DNA of 64,000 nt, taken from contig CABUOF010000001.1 in NCBI GenBank assembly GCA_902493125.1, forward strand, positions 1,461 to 65,460, given 5' to 3'. Source of the stretch: an uncultured Collinsella sp. Lineage in GTDB: Bacteria; Actinomycetota; Coriobacteriia; Coriobacteriales; Coriobacteriaceae. Shown here in pieces: positions 19,167 through 27,880 of the stretch. Under the pieces are notes generated by a model that saw only the letters and a program-made list of their open reading frames with translations, searched no databases and was not told the origin of the DNA. A program made the translations under genes and the position numbers. The stretch's first letter is position 1. Every line of letters starts with the position of its first letter.

Positions 19167-19280
19167 TAGACAAACTGGAGGACGAGACAAACCAAAAACG
19201 GGATGGGCGCTAACCTGATGGCGCGCCACCTAAATAGAAACGGGCTCTGTCCCATATAGAGACAGAGCCCGAAACTCTCA

Positions 19281-19355
19281 TGGAGCCAGTGACAGGAATC
19301 GAACCTGCAACCCACTGATTACAAATCAGTTGCGCTACCGTTGCGCCACACTGGC
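19281..19355 (-). tRNA. tRNA-Thr (TGT)
   Basis: Anticodon arm ACTGA-TTTGTAA-TCAGT, encoded CCA. A hairpin GGGCTCTGTC/GACAGAGCCC lies just downstream at 19242-19270. Confidence 0.9.
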
Positions 19356-19502
19356 ACACTTGGCGCTTTCGCGCGAAGCCTGTTAAGAATAATGGAATTG
19401 CGGACGGGGCGCAACAGGCCGCACGGCGTTATATAAATATGCAAAATCCAGCAACAGCGCGTACCAGGCCCGTTCATTTCTGTCAGTGCGCCCTCAATCT
19501 TA

Positions 19503-19574
19503 AAACCATTCGCCAGAACGAATAGTTTTAATTACAATTGGCTATATAAAACTATTCGTTCTGGCGAAGGGTTT
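19503..19574. promoter_or_regulatory. 27/28-bp inverted repeat immediately upstream of the HTH-HipA start codon
   Basis: Arms 19503-19530 and 19547-19574. Each arm contains its own ATTCG-N6-CGAA(T/G) palindrome. Confidence 0.6.
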
Positions 19575-19578
19575 CGCG

Positions 19579-20919
19579 ATGTTGACTACCAAGGAAGCAG
19601 CCGAGCTGCTCGGCATCAGCCCGCGCAGGGTGCAGGAGCTCATTAAGAACGGCGCGCTGACCGCCCGCAAGGCTTCTGGCGTGTGGCTCATCGACAAAGA
19701 CAGCGTAGACGCGCGACTCCGCTCCGCAACCAAAAGAGGGGGACGACCTCGTCGTGGGCATGGGAAAAGCGAAGTCGCATTTACCCTCATGAACCGCACG
19801 CACGAAGTAGCCCAACTGGTCTACAGCACATCGCGAAAAGACTTCACCCACATCGGCGCCGACGTCGATTACGCCCACGCCCCTATTGGAGTATTTGGCC
19901 CTAATAGCCCCATATCGCTCGACTCCTTCCGCATCTGGTGGCGCGGCCGCGGTATCCCGCTCGCACGCATTGGACTAGCCTCCCTGCTTGCAGAAGCCGC
20001 AGTCGATGTTCCCGATGAACTCGTCCAGCGAAATCTTGGCCTCTCCTTATCCGACCAGTATTGGATTAGGCCCCAAGACTCCGGTCTCGCGTGGGAAGAT
20101 ATCAATTTCTTCAATAATGCTTTTGACGACGTCTCTCTCGGCATCGCGCCCTTCGCCCCAGAGGGCAAGGCAGCTGCCGCAAAGCCCGATAACACCTCGG
20201 ACGGCAATCTTCAAAAGTACTGGACATGCGAGGATGACCGTCGAATCCTCCACAAGGCAGGTGCACATCTAAACCAGGAACCTTATAACGAGCTGGTGGC
20301 GACTGCACTTCACCGTCGCATCCTAAACGCTTGCGATTATGTACCTTACTCGCTCGAGGGCACGGGCACTTCCGCCCTGAGCATATGCGATGTCTTCTTA
20401 ACTGATGAAGAAGAGTATGTCCCTGCGTTCTATGTAAACCAGCACGCAAACGCAGATGAACGGCTAACCGACTACGAGCGATACGTAGCAAACTGCGAGG
20501 AACTCGGGGTGACAGGCGTCAAGGATGCCCTTGACCGCATGATCGTGTGCGACGACATCATCGCCAACTACGATCGTCATTGGCGTAACTTTGGCCTCGT
20601 GCGAAACGTCAACTCACTAGTCTGCAGACCAGCCCCCATCTTCGATTCAGGTTCATCACTCTGGTGCAACATATCACTAGAGGAGCTTAGGGCGGGAGAG
20701 CACAGTTTTACCAGCGCGCAGTTTCATTCAAGCCCCGCCAAACAAATGCTGCTCGTCGAGGACATGGGCTGGTTCGATGGAGACAAACTCAAAGGCTTTG
20801 TCGACGAGGCAATCGAGATTCTGTCTAAAAACGATGCTCTAGCAGCGAGACTACCTTATCTAAAAGAGGCGCTAACGTGGCGCCTCGAAAGAATGATCGA
20901 CATCGCTGAATGGAGTTAG
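19579..20919 (+). CDS. HipA-family Ser/Thr kinase with fused N-terminal excisionase/MerR-type HTH (YjjJ/HipH-like, single-gene)
   Basis: N-terminus LTTKEAAELLGISPRRVQELIKNGALTARK. The kinase core has YDRHWRNFGLV (catalytic loop) and IFDSGSSLW. Confidence 0.75.
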   Translation: MLTTKEAAELLGISPRRVQELIKNGALTARKASGVWLIDKDSVDARLRSATKRGGRPRRGHGKSEVAFTLMNRTHEVAQLVYSTSRKDFTHIGADVDYAHAPIGVFGPNSPISLDSFRIWWRGRGIPLARIGLASLLAEAAVDVPDELVQRNLGLSLSDQYWIRPQDSGLAWEDINFFNNAFDDVSLGIAPFAPEGKAAAAKPDNTSDGNLQKYWTCEDDRRILHKAGAHLNQEPYNELVATALHRRILNACDYVPYSLEGTGTSALSICDVFLTDEEEYVPAFYVNQHANADERLTDYERYVANCEELGVTGVKDALDRMIVCDDIIANYDRHWRNFGLVRNVNSLVCRPAPIFDSGSSLWCNISLEELRAGEHSFTSAQFHSSPAKQMLLVEDMGWFDGDKLKGFVDEAIEILSKNDALAARLPYLKEALTWRLERMIDIAEWS

Positions 20920-20946
20920 CAAGGCAGCATTGCCCCGCCAACTCCC

Positions 20947-21624
20947 CTACCGTCCGCGCAACGCCTTGAGCTTGGCCAGGGTATCGGGGCTCAGGCGGCT
21001 GCCCAGAGTCATCTTGATCTGCGGAGCTTCCTCTGCCTCGTGAACGTCGTTATCGATCTGTTTGATCTCGTCCACCAGCATACGGCTCGAGATGCGCGTG
21101 ACGCCCTTGCCCATGACGACGGCCTGTATTGTGCCGTCACTCGATACCACGGAGCACGCGCGGCCTTCCTCGCGTGCCTCGATGCAGAGCTTTTGCACCA
21201 CGGTATCAGCCGATACGCCCGTCGGCGAAAACTCGATACGCACGCCGCGAGCAGGCAGGTTGGGGCGCTCGCTGGAGATATTGCCCGCGCCGTCAAACAC
21301 GATTACGGCCTCGTACCGACCTTGGGCAAACGCGGCAACGTCGTTGATGAGGGCGGTGCGTGCCATATCGTGAACGTCGCTGGAATACGGATCGTCTGAA
21401 TGGTCGTACACGAGCTTTTCGTAGCGCGGCGTGCAGTGGATCACGTTGTAGCCGTCGACCACCAGCAGCTCGGGCTTATTGGAGTGCACCGTCGAGACCG
21501 GGTCGGCGATGGCCTGCGCAAACGCATTGCCGCCCACGCCGTAGGTCGCGGCCGAAACAATCGGCTTGGCCGAGCCCTCGCCAAAGCGCTTGGCCTTGGA
21601 CTTGGCACGGTTCTTTTTGGACAT
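20947..21624 (-). CDS. NYN-domain ribonuclease, YacP/Rae1-like
   Basis: LLVVDGYNVIHCTPRY...AVIVFDGAGN...IEFSPTGVSADTVVQKL, located downstream of rlmB as in Bacillus. Confidence 0.8.
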   Translation of the reverse strand: MSKKNRAKSKAKRFGEGSAKPIVSAATYGVGGNAFAQAIADPVSTVHSNKPELLVVDGYNVIHCTPRYEKLVYDHSDDPYSSDVHDMARTALINDVAAFAQGRYEAVIVFDGAGNISSERPNLPARGVRIEFSPTGVSADTVVQKLCIEAREEGRACSVVSSDGTIQAVVMGKGVTRISSRMLVDEIKQIDNDVHEAEEAPQIKMTLGSRLSPDTLAKLKALRGR

Positions 21625-21627
21625 GCG

Positions 21628-22542
21628 CTACTCCTCCCCCATGAGCTCGCCGACGTTGCGGCGCAGCCACTCAAAGCACAGCGCCGTGGTCGCCTGGGCA
21701 ACATTGAGGCTCTCGGTCATGCCGCGCTGGGGAAGCTTGGTCAAAAAGTCGCATTTCTCGAGCACCAGGCGCGAGATGCCGTCGCCCTCGGAGCCCATGA
21801 CGAGCGCCACGCGGCCCTCGAAGGGAGCATCCCAGCAGCTGCCCTCGGCGTGCTCGGAGGCGCCGCCCACCCAAAAGCCAGCGGCCTTGAGATCGTCAAG
21901 CGCACGGGCGATGTTGGGCACCTGCGCGATGGGCAGGTGCATGACAGCGCCAGCAGAAGTCTTGTAGCTGCCCACGGTCACACCGGCAGCGCGCTTGTTG
22001 GCAATGATGACGCCCGCCGCGCCCACGACCTCGGCGGAGCGCACGATGGCGCCAAAGTTACCGTCGTCGGTCACGTGGTCGAGCACCACGACAAGTGCCG
22101 GGCCCTCGCCTGCGCGGTCGAGGATATCGGCAACATCGGCATAGGGGAAGTTGCCAACCTCGAGCGCGATGCCCTGGTGAGCGCCATGGCTCGACAGTGC
22201 GTCGAGCTGCGCGCGCTGCACATACTTAATGCGGACACCCGCGGCGTTGAGGTCGTCGACCAGGCGCGACAAGGCGGCATCGCGCTCCCCGCCCTCGGCA
22301 ATGAGCGCACACTTGATGGGAAAACCAGTGCGTAGCGCCTCGGCGGCAGCACGACGGCCTTCGATAAACTCGCCCTTGGGAGCCTGGACAGCGTCGCGGT
22401 TGCGATCGCGCTGCGGACGTGCGGCCTGGGTACGATCGCGCTGGCCCTTGGGAGCAGCGGCGCGGTCATTACGGCGAATCGGACGCGAGCCAGAAGCGGC
22501 CTGCTTGCCGCCACGAGGCGCACGCTTGCGATTGTCGGCCAT
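21628..22542 (-). CDS. rlmB: 23S rRNA (Gm2251) 2'-O-methyltransferase RlmB (TrmH family) with basic N-terminal tail
   Basis: SpoU motifs LVVVLDHVTDDGNFGAIVRSA and LVMGSEGDGIS. GGAGGT RBS precedes the ATG at 22542. Confidence 0.9.
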   Translation of the reverse strand: MADNRKRAPRGGKQAASGSRPIRRNDRAAAPKGQRDRTQAARPQRDRNRDAVQAPKGEFIEGRRAAAEALRTGFPIKCALIAEGGERDAALSRLVDDLNAAGVRIKYVQRAQLDALSSHGAHQGIALEVGNFPYADVADILDRAGEGPALVVVLDHVTDDGNFGAIVRSAEVVGAAGVIIANKRAAGVTVGSYKTSAGAVMHLPIAQVPNIARALDDLKAAGFWVGGASEHAEGSCWDAPFEGRVALVMGSEGDGISRLVLEKCDFLTKLPQRGMTESLNVAQATTALCFEWLRRNVGELMGEE

Positions 22543-22569
22543 AAAGCGACCTCCTAAATACAACTATCA

Positions 22570-22617
22570 AACGAAACAAAAGAATCGACCGCCCATGAAT
22601 ATTAATTCGGGCGGTCG
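22570..22617 (-). terminator. Rho-independent terminator between cysS and rlmB
   Basis: Stem CGACCGCCC / GGGCGGTCG with a T-rich tract on the minus strand. Confidence 0.6.
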
Positions 22618-22621
22618 GTAC

Positions 22622-22721
22622 GGGTTTTCCAAGTGCCCGAGATTGCCGTGAAAGAGGAGCGACGCGTACTTGAGTACGCGAGCGACGGTTTGAACGGCAA
22701 GGTCGGGTGCTTGGGAAACCC
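22622..22721. repeat. About 100-nt imperfect palindromic element, copy A (architecture shared with 42820-42918)
   Basis: 19-bp outer stem, TTGCCGT/ACGGCAA second stem, GAAA...TTTGA internal loop and a CGCGTAC-TTGA-GTACGCG apical hairpin. Confidence 0.7.
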
Positions 22722-22728
22722 GCGGGGA

Positions 22729-24195
22729 TTAGAGAGATTTGATACGGGTGCCGGCGGCCGTATCCTCGATTGTCAGCCCGAGGTCCTTGAGCTGATCGCG
22801 GATGGCATCTGCCAGATCCCAGTTCTTGGCGGCACGAGCCTCGGCGCGGGCCTCGAGAATCTTGGCAGCGGCCTCATCCACGTCGTCACCCGTGTAGGCA
22901 ACCAAACCGGCGGCAACGCCCAGCAGGCCCAGCGGCAACTCGACCTTGGGCTCGGGAAGCTCGACGCCAAACGTATCGAGCAGCTCGACCAGCGTATCGG
23001 CGGCAGCAAGCGCGGCGGCCTTGTCGGCAGCATCGCCCGCCTGCTCCAGGTACTGGTTGCACTCGGTCACAAAGCCAAAGACGGCACCCATGGCACCGGC
23101 GGTGTTAAAGTCGTCGTCCATGCACTCCTTAAAGGCGGCACGGGTCTCGGCGGCCTTGGCGGCAAACGCCTCGGCGGTAGCCTCATCGGCCTCGGCCGTC
23201 GCATGGTTCGCAGCCCAACGCAGGTTCTCGACCGTACCGGCAATACGCGTGAGCGAATTCTCGGCACCCTCCAGGCGCTCCCAGGAGAAGTCGAGCGGCG
23301 AGCGATAGCTCGTCTGCAGCATCAGCAGGCGCAGAGCCGCGGCAGAGTGCTGCTCGAGCACCTCGGCCAGCGTAAAGAAGTTGCCGAGCGACTTGGACAT
23401 CTTCTCGCCGTCAACCAGCAGCATGCCCGTGTGCATCCAGGTGTTGGAAAAGCCCTGGTGCCAGGCGCAGGTGGCCTGAGCGCACTCGTTCTCGTGATGC
23501 GGGAAGGCAAGGTCGGAGCCGCCGCCGTGGATGTCGATCGGGGTGCCCAGGTAGCGGTGCACCATGGCGGCGCACTCGGTGTGCCAACCGGGACGGCCCT
23601 CGCCCCAGGGACTCGGCCAGCTGGGCTCGCCGGGCTTGGCGGCCTTCCACAGGGCAAAATCGAGCGGATCGTTCTTGTCCTCGTTCTCCTCGATGCGCGC
23701 ACCAACCATAAGGTCATCGATGTTGCGGCCCGAAACCTGACCGTAGTTGGGATCGCTGCGCACGGCAAAGTACACGTCGCCGTTATCGGCGGCGTAAGCG
23801 TGGCCCTGCTCGATAAGCGTCTTGATCATGGCGATCATGGGGCCGATCTCCTTGGTAGCGCGGGGGCGCACATCGGGATCGAGCACGTTGGCAGCGCGCA
23901 TGACGCCGATGAACTTGTCGGAGAACTCCGTCGCGACCTCGGCGGCCGTACGGCCCTGCTCGTTGGCGCGCTTGATGATCTTGTCGTCGACATCGGTGAG
24001 GTTCTGGGCGAACGTGACCTCGTAGCCGCTCGCGATGAGCCAGCGACGAATCACGTCAAAGCTGATGAACGTGCGGGCATTGCCGATGTGGATGTTGTCG
24101 TAGACCGTGGGGCCGCACACGTACATGCGGACCTTGCCGGACTCGATGGGCTGGAACTCTTCCTTTTTATGGGTAGCGCTGTTATAGATACGCAT
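22729..24195 (-). CDS. cysS: Cysteinyl-tRNA synthetase
   Basis: Class I motifs HIGNARTF and KMSKSLGN. Confidence 0.95.
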   Translation of the reverse strand: MRIYNSATHKKEEFQPIESGKVRMYVCGPTVYDNIHIGNARTFISFDVIRRWLIASGYEVTFAQNLTDVDDKIIKRANEQGRTAAEVATEFSDKFIGVMRAANVLDPDVRPRATKEIGPMIAMIKTLIEQGHAYAADNGDVYFAVRSDPNYGQVSGRNIDDLMVGARIEENEDKNDPLDFALWKAAKPGEPSWPSPWGEGRPGWHTECAAMVHRYLGTPIDIHGGGSDLAFPHHENECAQATCAWHQGFSNTWMHTGMLLVDGEKMSKSLGNFFTLAEVLEQHSAAALRLLMLQTSYRSPLDFSWERLEGAENSLTRIAGTVENLRWAANHATAEADEATAEAFAAKAAETRAAFKECMDDDFNTAGAMGAVFGFVTECNQYLEQAGDAADKAAALAAADTLVELLDTFGVELPEPKVELPLGLLGVAAGLVAYTGDDVDEAAAKILEARAEARAAKNWDLADAIRDQLKDLGLTIEDTAAGTRIKSL

Positions 24196-24198
24196 TCG

Positions 24199-24693
24199 TT
24201 ACTCCTTAACGGTTTTCTGTAGCAGGCAGACGGCCCAGGCGCCGATTCCCTCGCCCTGGCCTTCCCAACCGAGCTTTTCGGTCGTAGTGGCGGCGACGCC
24301 CACGTTTTCGACGTCAACGCCCAGGGCATGGGCAAGGTTGGCGCGCATGGCATCGCGGTGCGGGGTGATCTTGGGTTGCTGACAGGCAATGGTGCAATCG
24401 GCATCGACAAACTCAAAGCCCAGCTCGCGCGCATAGTCCATCACGCGAGCGAGCAGCACCATCGAATCGGCACCCTCGTAGGCGGGATCGGTGTCGGGAA
24501 ATAGCTTGCCGATGTCTCCCCCGCGGCAGGCGCCCAGAATGGCGTCGGCTAAGGCGTGCGCGAGCACATCGGCATCCGAGTGACCCAGCAGGCCGCGCTC
24601 GTAGGGAATGTCGACCCCGCCAATGATACATCGACGCCCCTCCACCAAACGGTGGACGTCGTAGCCGTGGCCAATGCGCAGGTTACTGAACAT
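24199..24693 (-). CDS. ispF: 2-C-methyl-D-erythritol 2,4-cyclodiphosphate synthase
   Basis: RIGHGYDVHRL...GHSDADVLAHA. Start taken at the internal ATG that overlaps the end of ispD. Confidence 0.93.
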   Translation of the reverse strand: MFSNLRIGHGYDVHRLVEGRRCIIGGVDIPYERGLLGHSDADVLAHALADAILGACRGGDIGKLFPDTDPAYEGADSMVLLARVMDYARELGFEFVDADCTIACQQPKITPHRDAMRANLAHALGVDVENVGVAATTTEKLGWEGQGEGIGAWAVCLLQKTVKE

Positions 24694-25411
24694 GGGGAAG
24701 GTCCTCTCCCTCAGCCATGCGGCCAAGCAGAATAGCGGTTACAGGACGCAGGTCCTCGGGCACCGTCACCTTAAGGTTATCGCGCGGGCTCTGGACGCAG
24801 CGGACGCGCCCGCCCATGCGCTCGACCAGCGATGAATCGTCGGTACCGATAAAGCCCTCGGCGATAGCAGCGGCGTGAGCGCGCTTCATGGCGTCGACGC
24901 TAAAGATCTGCGGCGTCTGCGCGGCCCAATAGAGCTCGCGCGGCGGCGTCTCGACGATATTATCGCCGTCGACGATCTTGAGCGTGTCGATCGCGGGCTG
25001 ACCGCACACGACACCGTCGAGCGAGCGGTCGTCCACAAGCACGTCGATCGCACGATCGATGGCCTCGGTCGTGATGAGCGGACGGGCGCCGTCGTGGATA
25101 GCGACATATTCGAAACCCGCCGGAACCGCATGCACGCCGGCACGGGTGGAATCCTGACGGGTATCGCCGGCATCGGCAAAGCTGATGGGCGTGTCATAGT
25201 CAAACGGGTCGATAGCCAGGCGGCGCATCTCGGCACGGCGCTCGGCAGGACACACCACCACGATGTGGCCGACCTTGTCGCTCCGGTCGAACGCGCGGAT
25301 GGACCAGCTCATGAGCGGACGGCCCGCCACGTTAACGAGCTGCTTGCCACCGGGATTACCAAAGCGCTGGCCGCTGCCACCGGCAACGACTACGGCGCAT
25401 ACGGGCGCCAT
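24683..25411 (-). CDS. ispD: 2-C-methyl-D-erythritol 4-phosphate cytidylyltransferase
   Basis: AVVVAGGSGQRFG...KQL...IHDGARP. Confidence 0.9.
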   Translation of the reverse strand: MAPVCAVVVAGGSGQRFGNPGGKQLVNVAGRPLMSWSIRAFDRSDKVGHIVVVCPAERRAEMRRLAIDPFDYDTPISFADAGDTRQDSTRAGVHAVPAGFEYVAIHDGARPLITTEAIDRAIDVLVDDRSLDGVVCGQPAIDTLKIVDGDNIVETPPRELYWAAQTPQIFSVDAMKRAHAAAIAEGFIGTDDSSLVERMGGRVRCVQSPRDNLKVTVPEDLRPVTAILLGRMAEGEDLPHVQ

Positions 25412-26478
25412 TATGCGTTCCCCTGTTTGGTGCCCTTCATGCGGTACAGGGAGTCCGCAAGAATGGCAGGGTTGTTAACGCCAAAGTCGCCCAAACGCTC
25501 CGGATCCTCGCTGATGTCGTCCATGAGCTCCTGCAACGAGCCGTACTCGTCGACGATCTTCTCGGCCACGCCGTCGCGCACAACGGACACGCGCGAAAGC
25601 GTACGTAGGCCCAGCGGCGTCATGACGGAGTCCTCGTCCAGGTCGTCGTAACCCAGAACCGCAGCCACATGCTGTGGGTCGGACAGGTCCTTAGGTGTCA
25701 TGCGAGCGAGCTCGGCGCGAATCTTCTCGGCGTTTGCCTCGGAGGAATCGCTCGCGTAGTCGCGGATCATCAGGTCGTATTCGGTATCCATGCTGGAGCC
25801 CGCGAGCTGCTCGAGCTGCATCTGCACGAGCTTGCCCTGGTTGCCCAGCTTGACAATGCAATCCTTAAGCTCAGTCTTTGCCTGCTGCATGATCTCGAAG
25901 CTCGAGAAAATACCGGTAATGTCGGCGAGCGTAACGTAGTCGTCGAGCTCGAGGGCCGTCAGGCGCAGCAGGGAGCGATCGAGCGACTGACGGGTAGTCT
26001 GGAGCGTGGCGACGAGCTGGTTGACCGAGCTCATGATGGTGGTGACAGGCTGAATCTCGTAGCTCTTGCCGTGAACGTACACGTTGACGACGGCACGACG
26101 GGCCGAGACCGAGATCACGATGGCATCGGTGAGCACCGACATGCGAGCGGCGGTGCGGTGACGCATGCCCGTCTCACTCGTGGCGAGCGAGGGATCGGGA
26201 TTGAGGTGGAAGTTGGCGCGCAGGATCTGGGTGAGGTCGCCATCGATAACGATAGCGCCGTCCATCTTGGAAAGCTCGAACAGGCGGTTCGAGGTGAACG
26301 AGATATTGAGCGGGAAGCCGTCGTTACCGGCAGCGAGCACGTTTTCGGTGTCGCCGACGCAGATAAGGGCGCCCAGGTGACCGGCGATGATCATGTCGAG
26401 GGCGGTGCGGATCGGCTGACCAGGTGCCGTCAGGCGGATGGCCTGTTCCATACGCTTTTGCAGCTCGTTCTTATCCAA
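25411..26478 (-). CDS. disA: DNA integrity scanning protein DisA (diadenylate cyclase)
   Basis: DAC domain (GALICVGD, DGAIVID, GMRHRTAARMS) plus a linker and a C-terminal HhH-like region. Confidence 0.9.
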   Translation of the reverse strand: MDKNELQKRMEQAIRLTAPGQPIRTALDMIIAGHLGALICVGDTENVLAAGNDGFPLNISFTSNRLFELSKMDGAIVIDGDLTQILRANFHLNPDPSLATSETGMRHRTAARMSVLTDAIVISVSARRAVVNVYVHGKSYEIQPVTTIMSSVNQLVATLQTTRQSLDRSLLRLTALELDDYVTLADITGIFSSFEIMQQAKTELKDCIVKLGNQGKLVQMQLEQLAGSSMDTEYDLMIRDYASDSSEANAEKIRAELARMTPKDLSDPQHVAAVLGYDDLDEDSVMTPLGLRTLSRVSVVRDGVAEKIVDEYGSLQELMDDISEDPERLGDFGVNNPAILADSLYRMKGTKQGNA

Positions 26479-26699
26479 GGCATCGCTCCCATCGTATACG
26501 CTCCATAAACGCTAAATAGTTTCTCACGGTTTGTCCCTGCGGCGCTTGCGAAATCCGATGCTTACAGAATGAGCGAACACCGCTTAGGTAGCTCATTTGG
26601 GACGGGGTTCTTTTGACTGCTCGTGTGGTAGCATCGGGTCTCATATAAATGAGGGAGTAGTCGCGTAATCGGGCTCGCCCGCAGAGAGGGAGCCAGACT

Positions 26700-27278
26700 A
26701 TGGGACTCGCAGAGCTTGTGTTGCTCGCTATCGGCCTTTCTATGGACGCTTTTGCCGTATCCATCTGCAAGGGCCTTGGCATGAAAAAGATCAACCTTAA
26801 AGTCGCCGTAGTGCTCGGCCTGTTCTTTGGCGGCTTTCAGGCCGGCATGCCCGTAATCGGATGGGCGCTCGGCAGTCAATTCATGGGCATCATCGGACCC
26901 ATCGACCATTGGATCGCCTTTATCCTTTTGGCCTTTATCGGCGGCAAAATGCTGTGGGAAGCCTTTACCGAAGACGAGGATGGGGGCGACGGCAAGGATG
27001 CCGAAAAGATTGACCTGGCAGAATATCTGATTCTTGCCATTGCCACCTCGATTGACGCCCTAGCCGTAGGCATCTCGTTTGCGGCGCTCTCGGTTGACAT
27101 CGTTCCCGCTGTATCGCTTATCGGCGCCACAACGTTTATCTTCTCCGTCGCCGGCGTAGCGATCGGCCACACCTTTGGCGCGCGCTACGAAAAACCCGCC
27201 ACCATCGTGGGTGGCGTCGTACTCATCCTCATCGGGCTTAAGATCCTGCTTGAGCATCTGGGGATTTTGGCGCTGTAA
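26700..27278 (+). CDS. mntP: Manganese efflux pump MntP
   Basis: Duplicated LSMDAFAVS / ATSIDALAVGIS motifs and six transmembrane segments. Confidence 0.9.
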   Translation: MGLAELVLLAIGLSMDAFAVSICKGLGMKKINLKVAVVLGLFFGGFQAGMPVIGWALGSQFMGIIGPIDHWIAFILLAFIGGKMLWEAFTEDEDGGDGKDAEKIDLAEYLILAIATSIDALAVGISFAALSVDIVPAVSLIGATTFIFSVAGVAIGHTFGARYEKPATIVGGVVLILIGLKILLEHLGILAL

Positions 27279-27314
27279 CGCCAAGCACAATCGCTCAAAA
27301 CTCAACGCCAGCGC

Positions 27315-27348
27315 AAGGCCTCATGCAGAGTTTTGCATGAGGCCTTTT
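27315..27348 (+). terminator. Rho-independent terminator after mntP (also the first ATGCA-N6-TGCAT site)
   Basis: 13-bp stem AAGGCCTCATGCA / TGCATGAGGCCTT followed by TT. Confidence 0.7.
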
Positions 27349-27349
27349 C

Positions 27350-27392
27350 ATGCAGACTTTTGCATGTCATATTGATATGCAAAAGTCTGCAC
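27350..27392. promoter_or_regulatory. Candidate hipBA operators: ATGCAGACTTTTGCAT and ATGCAAAAGTCTGCAC forming a 15-bp inverted repeat
   Basis: Sites at 27350-27365 and 27377-27392, 15-57 nt upstream of the GTG start at 27407. Confidence 0.55.
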
Positions 27393-27406
27393 GTTAGGAG
27401 ATCGCC

Positions 27407-27877
27407 GTGGATACCCTTCCCATCACCACACCGCGCCAAGCTGGCATCTACGTGCGCCAGGCACGCGAGGCGCAGGGAATCACCCGTGCCGCCCTTGCTA
27501 AAAAAGCCGGTGTTTCGGAGCGCCTGCTTGCATCGCTCGAGCTAGGAGACGCCACCGGCATTCGACTCGACAAGCTATTGGCAATCTTCAATGCTCTCGG
27601 ACTGGCGCTCGCCGCTCAAGGGGATATCGCTAAAACGAATAACGAGCAACCAGTCGACGCCCCGCATGCTGATTTGCAACCTCGTAGCACCCCCAGGCGC
27701 CATCACGCTCAATGTTTTCACCATCGCAACCGTCGCAGCGCAGCCATTCCGACTCTCGCAGATGTCCCCTTTACGTCCGAGCTCTACGACAAGGCCTTCG
27801 CCGATTTCGCCATGTCCAATCTCGGAGTCCCGATTGCCGCAAACCCATCTACCCAAACCAGGCCTAAAGGGAGGTAG
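27407..27877 (+). CDS. hipB: XRE-family HTH antitoxin, HipB-like with long C-terminal tail
   Basis: QAGIYVRQAREAQGITRAALAKKAGVSERLLASLELGD. It lies 3 nt upstream of hipA and has an AGGAG RBS. Confidence 0.7.
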   Translation: MDTLPITTPRQAGIYVRQAREAQGITRAALAKKAGVSERLLASLELGDATGIRLDKLLAIFNALGLALAAQGDIAKTNNEQPVDAPHADLQPRSTPRRHHAQCFHHRNRRSAAIPTLADVPFTSELYDKAFADFAMSNLGVPIAANPSTQTRPKGR

Positions 27878-27880
27878 CCA

